From the NCBI GenBank assembly GCA_051294375.1, contig CM119269.1, positions 20,755,665 through 20,819,664 on the forward strand: 64,000 nt of DNA. Direction: 5' to 3'. Below are positions 26,101 through 34,967 of the stretch, one piece after another. Source of the stretch: Paraspadella gotoi (taxonomy: Eukaryota; Animalia; Chaetognatha). Every line of letters starts with the position of its first letter. The first letter of the stretch is position 1. The notes beneath the pieces are model-generated. The model was not told the DNA's origin. It searched no databases and saw nothing but the letters and a program-made list of their open reading frames with translations. Both the position numbers and the translations under genes were made by a program.

Positions 26101-29100
26101 AAAACGAATGAACCATGCATCTTCAAACCAAGCTTAATTATTGAAAATTTATAAATTTTAGTTCTAAAATACGTATTTATATATGTTTAAAACGTTAATG
26201 CACCTGATGCTACTAAAAAATTTTAAAAAAATTTAAAAAAATTTTTTTTGAGAGAATTAGAAGTTATTAAAAAGTGTTCAATTTTGGCCTTACTAGGTAT
26301 ACTTTTAAGATTTTTTATTTTAGAGATGAAACGAAAAATCGTTGGAATAGCAATTTTTATTTTTATTATTGAACATGTTTCGACTCTTAGTGATACGAGT
26401 CTTCATCAGCAAATTGCTATGCCAACGATTTTTCGTTTCATCTCTAAACTATTTTAAATAGCAAAAAAGAAAGTCAATATACAATGATTTTTTTTATTCA
26501 ATTATTTGTTCAGTCTCTACGACCTCAGCATCAGCAACTACATCGACTCATCATCTCTCCCAAAGAGTATTTGGACAGCTTTCCCCATCAGCCCGTGCCG
26601 ATGTTACGCTCCGTCAATGCTAGAGGTAAAGGGAAAATACAGGCTGAAGACTGAAGAGTCAGTTTATTCTAAATGTGTTTACGGTTACGTTCATGGCATC
26701 TCTCCCTCAGGATCGAAACCGCGAGAGTTACAAATGTTAACAGATAAAATTTTATTTTTGCCGACTGGGGTAATGGAGTTTTTTTTATTATAAACCACTT
26801 AAAAATATTTAGTTAAAAATTAAATATAAAAAAAGTATTACCTAATTACCCTAACCCTAACCAGTAAACCATCCTTAACCCTAAACCACAACCCAACCCC
26901 GATGGGCAAAAGTAAAATTATGCCTGTGAAGAGACAGTAATTATTGTTTATGTGTTAGTGACAGAACCGTTAAATATAAGCAGTCCCTGAGCTTCGGATC
27001 AGGCTGTAACACCATGTTACAGGCGGGTTAAGCGCCCCGTCCCTCTAACTGCCAGACGACCACCGGGCTAGAACCCCGAACCTTGGGTTGGGAGGCGAAT
27101 GACTTGCCTCCGGCACCAATGCCGCTGATGAACGGTTGGTGGGTTTTAGTCCACCATACATCCCCCCTCCCGTAGGAAGAGGTCTGTTGCGTCTCTTCAG
27201 TGAATTGTTGTTGTTGTGGAAAGTGCGTCACCAGTTGAGGCATGTTGCCTGATGTTTGAGGGCCGGAAAGTGCATCGCCAGGTTGAGGCATGTTGCCTGA
27301 AAGTGTTGTTGTTGCTGTTTGTGTTCGGAAGTCGGGCTCACCAATGAAGAGACAGTAATTATTGTTATGTGTTTAGTGACAGAACCGTTCAATATAAGCA
27401 GTCCCTGAGCTTCGGATCAGGCTGTAACACCATTGTTACAGGCGGGTTAAGCGCCCGTCCCTCTTAACTGCCAGACGACCACCGGACTAGAAACCCCGGA
27501 CCTTTGGGTTTGGGAGGCGAATGACTTGCCCTCCGGCACCAATGGCGCTGATGAACGGTTGGTGGGTTTTAGTCCACCATACCTGTGAGCAATACAAATA
27601 TTTAATGGACCAAAAGGATAAAAAACTAGTAAAGATAGTATGATAGTACATTATAATTTTTAACATTTCGTGACATTATATCTAATTATCTATGCAACCG
27701 TAAAATTTATAGAGATTTATAATAATCGGTTTTGAAGGTCTGTTTGGTATTTTCTATGATGTATAGTATAACATATTTGCAATGAGTGTTTATAACATAT
27801 TTATAACATATATTATACATGTTTTATAACATATTTGTAATGAGTGTTTTAATGACTGTTTGTTAAGATTTTAAGAGGAGGTAAAATTTGAAACTTTATC
27901 AATTCAATTTTCCAATTTTTTTTCCTGATGATTAAAAGTACTTAAAATACAAGGGAAAATGTAGCATTTTTTCTCCTGTTTAAATGAATGTAAGTTAATT
28001 CGAATATCAAAAAATAACACTGACAGCCAAAAATATAAATCAAAGATAGGTTAGCATTACTCATTTTATTGGTTCAATGAACGAAAATAAAACCTGTACC
28101 AAGTTTTAGCATAAAAATAGAATATTTTATGTTGCCCATTTCATAATTTTTTTAAAACTTTTTATCACTATGATTTTTTAAAATTAAAAAAATTTAAGTT
28201 TTAAAATTGAAATAAGAATATGAAATCTATACCACATTGAAGAGCCGGGTACATTTCGCATACTATACCTTTTTAAGTTTTGATAAGTTGTGACTTCATT
28301 AAACATTAAAAGGTAAAAAATCAAAATTTTATCGAAAAATTTGAATTCTTTATTGGGACGAAGGAGTTATCAGAATTATGTAAAAATTAATATATTTAGA
28401 AAGGCTGACGGCGGGCTATAAAATGACCACAATTTAAGTGTCTATGGGAGAGGGAATCTGCAGATATGGCCACAGGAAATGTTTACAAACGAGAAAAATC
28501 CTACTGTAAAATTGTTAAAATGATAATAGTGTACATGTAAATAATATAAGGTGGTCTTTCATAACAATTGAAACATTTTCTTTGAAATATTATACTGTTA
28601 CGGTTACTTCTACTCAGAAACCGCGACAGTTACAATACTACTTCATTATAGGGAAGTTCAGGTTCTATGGGAGGGAATAAACAAGACCGTGAGAGATGAT
28701 TGAAAGCCTTGCAGGGAACTGCTAATGTCATTTTCTTGTAAGAGTGATGGAGGCCTTAAACCACCAAAAAGTCAGGTAAAGAATAGCTTATTTATTAAAT
28801 GAATGGATAATTTTTACATTGATTGTACCAATTTCAAAGAGAGAAAACAGATTTTCAAGTAAATATTTTACACCAGACAAACGACGGATACCAATCCGAC
28901 CGAAGTCACTTCGGCGACGACGACGCTGGAACCCTCGGCGCCGTTGGCCGGACGACCGCCGTTGCCGCCGACACATGGCCCCGGCACTGTTCCCAAAATG
29001 GATTCGCGAAGTCGTCCTCGCGGAGTCTACGACTCTGGAGTACAACCAGCCGCTGTCGGGCCAGCCTCGACGCCGACTGAAGGAAACTCTGAATTTAGAC

Positions 29101-32100
29101 CCGATTACCGGATCTGTTCTCGAGCTATGGCCTCGCGAAAGTACATTGACCTGTTTCAACAGCAAGGTTAGAAAAGAAGAGAAACGGGATAAGATCCTTT
29201 TTTCAATTTTACAGCAAGATTCCGGCTCCTATAATTCACTTTGTCAGTCCGTCGGTCCGCCCGCCCAATCTTGTCGGGCATCACTATGAACCATGCATCT
29301 TCAAACCAAGCTTAATTATTGAAAATTTATAAATTTTAGTTCTAAAATACGTATTTTATATGTTTAAAACGTTAATGCACCTGATGCTACTAAAAAAATT
29401 TTAAAAAATTTAAAAAAATTTTTTTTGAGAGAATTAGAAGTTATTAAAAAGTGTTCAATTTTGGCCCGCCTTACTAGGTATACTTTTAAGATTTTTTTAT
29501 TTTAGAGATGAAACGAAAAATCGTTGGAATAGCAATTTTTATTTTTATTATTGAACATGTTTCGACTCTTAGTGATACGAGTCTTCATCAGCAAATTGCT
29601 ATGCCAACGATTTTTCGTTTCATCTCTAAACTATTTTAAATAGCAAAAAAGAAAGTCAATATACAATGATTTTTTTTATTCAATTATTTGTTCAGTCTCT
29701 ACGACCTCAGCATCAGCAACTACATCGACTCATCATCTCTCCCAAAGAGTATTTGGACAGCTTTCCCCCATCAGCCCGTGCCGATGTTACGCTCCGTCAA
29801 TGCTAGAGGTAAAGGGAAAATACAGGCTGAAGACTGAAGAGTCAGTTATTCTAAATGTGTTACGGTTACGTTCATGGCATCTCTCCCTCAGGATCGAAAC
29901 CGCGAGAGTTACAAATGTTAACAGATAAAATTTTATTTTTGCCGACTGGGGTAATGGAGTTTTTTTTATTATAAACCACTTAAAAATATTTAGTTAAAAA
30001 AAATTATAAAAAAGTATTACCTAATTACCCTAACCCTAACCAGTAAACCATCCTTAACCCTAAACCACACCCAACCCCGATGGGCAAAAGTAAAATTAAT
30101 GCCTGTGAAGAGACAGTAATTATTGTTATGTGTTAGTGACAGAACCGTTCAATATAAGCAGTCCCTGAGCTTCGGATCAGGCTGTAACACCATGTTACAG
30201 GCGGGTTAAGCGCCCCGTCCCTCTTAACTGCCAGACGACCACCGGGCTAGAACCCCGGACCTTTGGTTGGGAGGCGAATGATTGCCTCCGGCACAATGGC
30301 CGCTGATGAACGGTTGGTGGGTTTTAGTCCACCATACATCCCCCCCCCGTAGGAAGATGTCTGTTGCGTCTCTTCAGTGAATTGTTGTTGTTGTGGGAAA
30401 GTGCGTCACCAAGTTGAGGCATGTTGCCTGATGTTTTGAGGGGCGGAAAGTGCATCGCCAGTTGAGGCATGTTGCCTGAAAGTGTTGTTGTTGCTGTTGT
30501 GTTCGGAAGTCGGGCTCACCAATGAAGAGACAGTAATTATTGTTATGTGTTAGTGACAGAACCGTTCAATATAAGCAGTCCCTGAGCTTCGGATCAGGCT
30601 GTAACACCATGTTACAGGCGGGTTAAGCGCCCCGTCCCTCTAATGCCAGACGACACCGGACTAGAACCCCGGACCTTTGGGTTTGGGAGGCGAATGACTT
30701 GCCCCCGGCACCAATGGCCGCTGATGAACGTTGTGGGTTTTAGTCCACCATACCTGTTAGCAATACAAATATTTAATGGACCAAAAGGATAAAAAACTAG
30801 TAAAGATAGTATGATAGTACATTATAATTTTTAACATTTCGTGACATTATATCTAATTATCTATGCAACCGTAAAATTTATAGAGATTTATAATAATCGG
30901 TTTTGAAGGTCTGTTTGGTATTTTCTATGATGTATAGTATAACATATTTGCAATGAGTGTTTATAACATATTTATAACATATATATACATGTTTATAACA
31001 TATTTGTAATGAGTGTTTTAATGACTGTTTGTTAAGATTTAAGAGGAGGTAAAATTTGAAACTTTATCAATTCAATTTTCCAATTTTTTTTCCTGATGAT
31101 TAAAAAGTACTTAAAATACAAGGGAAAATGTAGCATTTTTTCTCCTGTTTAAATGAAATGTAAGTTAATTCGAATATCAAAATAACACTGACAGCCAAAA
31201 AATATAAATCAAAGATAGGTTAGCATTACTCATTTTATTGTTCAATGAACGAAAATAAAACCTGTACCAAGTTTTAAAGCATAAAAAATAGAATATTTTA
31301 TGTTGCCCATTTCATAATTTTTTTAAAACTTTTTATCAACTATGAATTTTTAAAATTAAAAAAATTTAAAGTTTTAAAATTGAAATAAGAATATGAAATC
31401 TATACCACATTGAAGAGCCGGGTACATTTCGCATACTATACCTTTTTAAGTTTTGATAAGTTGTGACTTCATTAAACATTAAAAGGTAAAAAAATCAAAA
31501 TTTTATCGAAAAATTTGAATTCTTTATTGGGACCAAGGAGTTATCAGAATTATGTAAAAATTAATATATTTAGAAAGGCTGACGGCGGGCTATAAAATGA
31601 GCCACAATTTAAGTGTCTATGGAGAGGGAATCTGAGATATGGCCACAGGAAATGTTACAAACGAGAAAAATCCTACTGTAAAATTGTTAAAATGATAATA
31701 GTGTACATGTAAATAATATAGGTGGTCTTTCATACAATTGAAACATTCTTTGAAATATTATACTGTTACGGTTACTTCTACTCAGAAACCGCGACAGTTA
31801 CAATACTACTTCATTATAGGGAAGTCAGGTTCTATGGGAGGGAATAAACAAGACCGTGAGAGATGATTGAAAGCTTGCAGGGAACTGCTATGTCATTTTC
31901 TTGTAAGAGTGATGGAGGCCTTAAACCACCAAAGTCAGGGTAAAGATAGCTTATTTATTAAATGAATGGATAATTTTTACATTGATTGTACCAATTTCAA
32001 AGAGAGAAAACAGATTTTCAAGTTAAATATTTTACACCAGACGAAACGACGGATACCAATCCGACCGAAGTCACTCGGCCGACGACGACGCTGGAACCCT

Positions 32101-34967
32101 CGGCGCCGTTGGCCGGACGACCGCCGTTGCCGCCGACACATGGCCCCGGCACTGTTCCCAAAATGGATTCCGAAGTCGTCCCTCGCGGAGTCTACGACTC
32201 TGGAGTACAACACGCCGCTGTCGGGCCAGCCTCGACGCCGACTGAAGGAAACTCTGAATTTAGACCCGATTTACCGGATCTGTTCTCGAGCTATGGCCTC
32301 GGAAAGTACATTGACCTGTTTCAACAGCAAGAGGTTAGAAAAGAGAGAAACGGGATAAAGTCCTTTTTTCAATTTTTACAGCAGATTCCGGCTCTATAAT
32401 TCACTTTGTCAGTCCGTCGGTCCGCCCGCCCAATCTTGTCGGGCATTCACTTATATCATGTCAGAACATCGAATTATGATAAATTATGCAAAAAGAAATG
32501 TCCGTCCGTCCATCTGTCTGTCCGTCCATCCGTTAATTAATTATCTGATCAGCTGCTTACCGCTATTGATCGTGGGCAGATCCGGCATTGTTTGTTCAAA
32601 CTTGTTTTGAATTCTTTCGAATCGTTAGTTTTAACCACTATAGCTTTCTTAAGAAACCTGTCCCTTTTTTGACGTTACTTTGATGTCCTTTAGATTGATT
32701 TGACCACCTTTTTGACTTTGACGGAAGAGGATCTTCGGAACCTCGGGATCTCCACGTTTGGCGCTCGTCGCAAGATGCTTATCGCTATCGCCGACCTCAA
32801 CGCCAGGACGTCAACGAACGTGCTGCAGGTTAGTCGACTCAATGTTGCTATACTTATCAGTCGCTCTAATACTCAGCTTTTGTGCATAGGTGCATACTGC
32901 ATACGTTAATAGTATTATTATTATTATTATTTTTTTTTTAAACATCAGGCCCATCAGCAACGAATATCATCAACGGATGATCATGCGAACAACGTTAACA
33001 CCTACTCCACGCAAGACATTTCTTCTCGACCGAGCAGTAGCGCGTTCTCGACGTTTCCGCAACCCAGCGGTGGCGGCGTTAGCTGCAGCGGCTCCAGTTT
33101 CGCCAATTACGCTCCGGATCATGCTGCATCTTCTTTCAATGGAAACAGCAAAGGACAGGCCCACTTGAGCAACACCAACAACTCCAGCCACAACAGCATC
33201 GGTGGGAGGGCAGAGGGCAGCGCACTGCCGCCCGCCGATTTCCCCTCCTTCCTCTCGTCGTCTGCCCACCGATTTTCCCAACGTCTTCTCGGCAACAGAG
33301 TGTCAGGGTGAGTAAGCTTCACGTGAGAAAAAAAATTTGGACGAGCGTAATTGCATACTAATACGTAATGAAACCAAAGGTATGAAATGTTTCATTCCAT
33401 CTGTTTTAATTAGATAAAGTTTAGCGAATTATTGTTTTTGGGTTATAAAAATAGGATGAATACTAATGATTTATGAAGATGGCGGAGAAAAATCCATAAA
33501 AAAAAAACCCAAAAATTTAAGAAAATGACACTGATATAAGATAAAAAAAAGCAAGTCTTCCATCCGTCGCAGCTCCGGTGCTTTCAACTCGGCCTCTTCA
33601 TCCCCTTCCGGCTCCTTCTCTTGCGAGGCCGTATCCCGTCGATCCCCGTCCTCGTCCTTCACCGAGGGAACGGCGGTCAGCTCCTCGGCACCCAATCGAC
33701 GCGGAGGCGGCGCTCCGTCTCCTAACTCCCCTCTTCGTCCGCCGCCGGGTTTTGCTTCTTCGGCTTCTGCCTCGGCCTCCAATAATGGAACACCGCCGAC
33801 AGTGAGAGAGTTTGCTTTTGCTGTAATTTCATAATTTTGATAAGGGGAGGGAAAAAATATAAGCTTGAGGGGTATTTAAGGCGTGAGGAAATAAGAGGGA
33901 AAATCGTATATTTCGCGAAGAGTAGAAACGGGAGAATGTATCGCGAGACAAAATATACCGAGGGGCAGGAGGAGGAGGAAAGAAGAGGAAGAGGAGAATG
34001 GGACGGAGAGTTAAATCCTCCTCTGAGAAGTTAGACTGAGAGAAAGGGAAGTCTATGCAAAATCATTTGAGAAAGATACATCGCTGAGGAATGAGGATAG
34101 AAACAGATCTCAGGCTTGGGGCCGTATGTTGATTGACTTGTATGTAGAGAAAATTGAAAATAATTCATTCTTCCGCAGCATCCGACAGGGACTTCGCTTT
34201 TTGGCCCGTCCGACCACGCCAACGCGCCTTCCGCCCTTGGTTCTTCCTTTCGCTTCACTCACCCTCCGCCTCACCCCGACGACGATGACAGGGATGCCGC
34301 CTCTGTCTCCACAGGTTGGACGAGATGTTTTTCTATCAGTTTTTTGAAATTGTGAACTTATTTTGTGAGTTTTTATGAATATATGCTTTATACTAACAGT
34401 ATTCAATTTATGGCGCTCAAGTATTAATTTAAACTTAAATGGCATAGTTTTATTTACGAGAATGTTCGTGCTTTTTCCTGCTCCATTTTTGGATTTTTGG
34501 ATTTTACAATAAGAACGACTTACGTGGTAATGTCGAACGTGCATAATATGCTCTTGTAGTCGCAACCAGTAATATAAATCACTTTTTTGAATTCACGTAA
34601 AATATTTTTAAATATTCGGCTTTATTACTAGTATTTCCCTAGATTCTAGAAATAGAAATAAGTGTTTTACGATTTAAGGACACAAAATTTAAATGATCCT
34701 CTCTTTATCGCAGAGATTTTCCCTCTGGGCGCAAAACGCGATATCACTCGAGTGATGTCATCCTTCTCTTCTCATTCTTCCTCCGTTCCTCCCTCTCCCC
34801 CTCCTTCTTTCTCTTCTTCCTTTTCTTCCTCTCTCTTTAACCCTTCCTCGCGCCGTCATCGCCATCACAACACCGCTGCCGCACGCGCAGCTCTAGCTCC
34901 AGACGCGCAGCACGCTGCTGCCGCCAAAGGATCTTCTTTCTCCGGCAGCTTTTCGGGCCGTTGGTGA
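5162..34967 (+). CDS. BicC: Bicaudal-C RNA-binding protein (N-terminal KH/KH-like domains, long low-complexity linker, SAM domain). Inferred exons: 5162-5405, 6438-6611, 6693-6805, 9003-9135, 9313-9513, 9593-9747, 9883-9978, 10711-10857, 11021-11244, 11390-11463, 11553-11774, 11936-12057, 12129-12869, 13140-13322, 13391-13439, 16273-16337, 16692-16751 joined to 21878-21879 (one exon split by an assembly artefact), 21969-22342, 22849-23100, 23985-24141, 25395-25667, 29696-29808, 32041-32333, 32694-32828, 32949-33307, 33552-33801, 34179-34314, 34714-34967
   Basis: Diagnostic BicC/BICC1 peptides: EERFRVDRKKLE, WPSKLKIGAKSKKDPHIKV, RVTLKMDVSFTDHSHVIGKGGNNIKKVMEETGCHIHFPDSNR, AEKSNQVSIAG, CLPLVLMFD, KPKPKQPSKSVIVKS, DKRAPGCER, DYEEQKLLATKAM...WSGLGFSKSMP, SAM domain DLPDLFSSYGLGKYIDLFQQQE/IDLTTFLTLTEEDLRNLGISTFGARRKMLIAI, and C-terminal SGRW*. 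Intron phases chain consistently (5601 nt in total). The start codon and non-conserved linker exons are less certain. Confidence 0.95.
5701..5930. repeat. Imperfect inverted repeat (MITE-like) in BicC intron 1
   Basis: CGGATTTGAATTCCTTACAAAAAGTTGATATAAGAAA versus TTTCTTATATCAACTTTTTGCAAGGAATGCGAATCCG. Confidence 0.6.
6693..11774 (+). CDS. BicC: BicC KH-domain exon cluster
   Basis: GxxG loop HVIGKGGNNIKK at about 9420-9455 and conserved BicC KH/KH-like peptides across nine exons with matching splice phases. Confidence 0.95.
14441..15360. repeat. Element with reiterated TTTACGCCA(C/T) motifs and internal repeats of about 140 bp
   Basis: About 10 copies of TTTACGCCA-like motifs; interrupted by the 14837-15176 repeat. 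Confidence 0.6.
14837..15176 (+). repeat. Dispersed repeat of about 250-340 bp (copies at about 25000-25245, 28551-28836, 31721-31999; artefactual copies at 20454-20793 and 53405-53663)
   Basis: Shared core CTTCATTGATAGGGAAGCCAGGTACTCTGGGAGTGAATAAACGAGACTGTGAGAG...GATAGCTTATTTATTAAATGAATGG...GTACCAATTTCA. Confidence 0.8.
15905..16155 (+). repeat. AT-rich minisatellite (unit of about 21 bp, ATAAATTATTATTACATC-like)
   Basis: Repeated TTATTACATC/TTATTATATC units; a related reverse-strand tract lies at about 37345-37460. Confidence 0.7.
16401..16527. mobile_element. Small hairpin or MITE with about 30-bp inverted ends in a BicC intron
   Basis: TTGTAGCTTGCCTTGTTATTAAGCATCGTG ... CACGATGCTTAGTAACAAGGCACGCTACAA (2 mismatches). 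Confidence 0.7.
16752..18886 (-). other. Degraded reverse-complement read of about 21870 onward, with A miscalled as C
   Basis: CACAACGATACGCCTATACC near 18856 matches the reverse complement of 21879-21898; CTTATTTTCGGGCATGCCGCC near 18352 matches the reverse complement of 22316-22335 with A>C; the segment is strongly A-depleted. Confidence 0.88.
18912..21847 (-). repeat. Inverted duplicate of 13775-16722 (probable assembly artefact)
   Basis: Nearly exact reverse complement beginning at the N gap 18887-18911. Confidence 0.92.
24212..24381. repeat. Dispersed purine-rich repeat of about 130-170 bp (copies at 12895-13023, 33863-34024, 55623-55798)
   Basis: CTTGAGGGGTATT...AGTAGAAAC.AGAGAATGTATCGC...CAAAATATAC.GAGGGG...AAATCCTCCTCTG; ends are imperfectly inverted. 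Confidence 0.8.
26369..26412 (-). ncRNA. Minimal type I hammerhead-like motif (Penelope type); duplicate at 29551-29594
   Basis: Minus strand TTG-CTGATGA-A-GACTC-GTATCACTAA-GAGTC-GAAA-CATG-TT-CAA: core intact, 3-bp stem I, 5-bp stem II, palindromic stem III, GUU triplet. Confidence 0.65.
26927..27581 (-). mobile_element. Non-autonomous miniature LTR retrotransposon (TRIM) with tRNA-derived sequence in its LTRs (Helenus/Cassandra-like architecture)
   Basis: Direct repeats of about 235 bp at 26927-27160 and 27345-27581 (minus strand TGTATGG...CTCTTCA). PBS TGGTGAGCCCGAC lies just 3' of the 5' LTR (27331-27343). PPT GGGAGGGGGGA lies just before the 3' LTR (27161-27171). CCTG flanks both ends (26923-26926, 27582-27585). 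Confidence 0.85.
27056..27125 (-). ncRNA. tRNA-Gly(CCC)-like cassette inside the TRIM LTR (not a functional tRNA)
   Basis: Minus-strand consensus GCGGCCA-TTGGTGCCGGAGG...TCGCCTCCCAA...GGTCCGGGGTTCTAGCCCGG-TGGTCGT shows an acceptor stem, an A-box-like and a B-box-like (GGTTCTAGCCC) motif and a CT-CCC-AA anticodon loop; the anticodon stem is disrupted. Confidence 0.65.
30106..30752 (-). mobile_element. Second copy of the same TRIM within the tandem duplication
   Basis: Same LTR-PBS-PPT-LTR layout and the same CCTG flanks (30102-30105, 30753-30756). Confidence 0.85.
32041..32828 (+). CDS. BicC: BicC SAM-domain exons (intact copy)
   Basis: Exons 32041-32333 and 32694-32828 encode LPDLFSSYGLGKYIDLFQQQE|IDLTTFLTLTEEDLRNLGISTFGARRKMLIAIADL. 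Confidence 0.95.
32380..32595 (+). mobile_element. Possible Helentron/DINE-1-like non-autonomous element in a BicC intron
   Basis: (GTCC/GTCT)n microsatellite blocks with a GC-rich 3' stem-like end (CTGCTTAC...GTGGGCAG), between T-rich flanks. Confidence 0.35.

Larger units (their letters stand above)
26109..32450 (+). repeat. Tandem duplication of about 3.17 kb (26109-29286 and 29287-32450); copy 1 BicC exons are frameshifted
   Basis: Both units begin TGAACCATGCATCTTC and end near CTTGTCGGGCAT(T)CACT; differences are mostly homopolymer indels; the duplication follows the gap at 25955-25979. Confidence 0.9.

Noticed and set aside
26849-26890. Interstitial telomere
   Set aside because: Only a few degenerate CCCTAA units, inside a recurrent MITE.
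27056-27125. Functional tRNA-Gly gene
   Set aside because: The anticodon stem and D-arm pair poorly, there is no oligo-T terminator, and it lies inside an LTR.
27125-27160. CTGATGA in the TRIM LTR as a hammerhead core
   Set aside because: No downstream stem II-GAAA arrangement.
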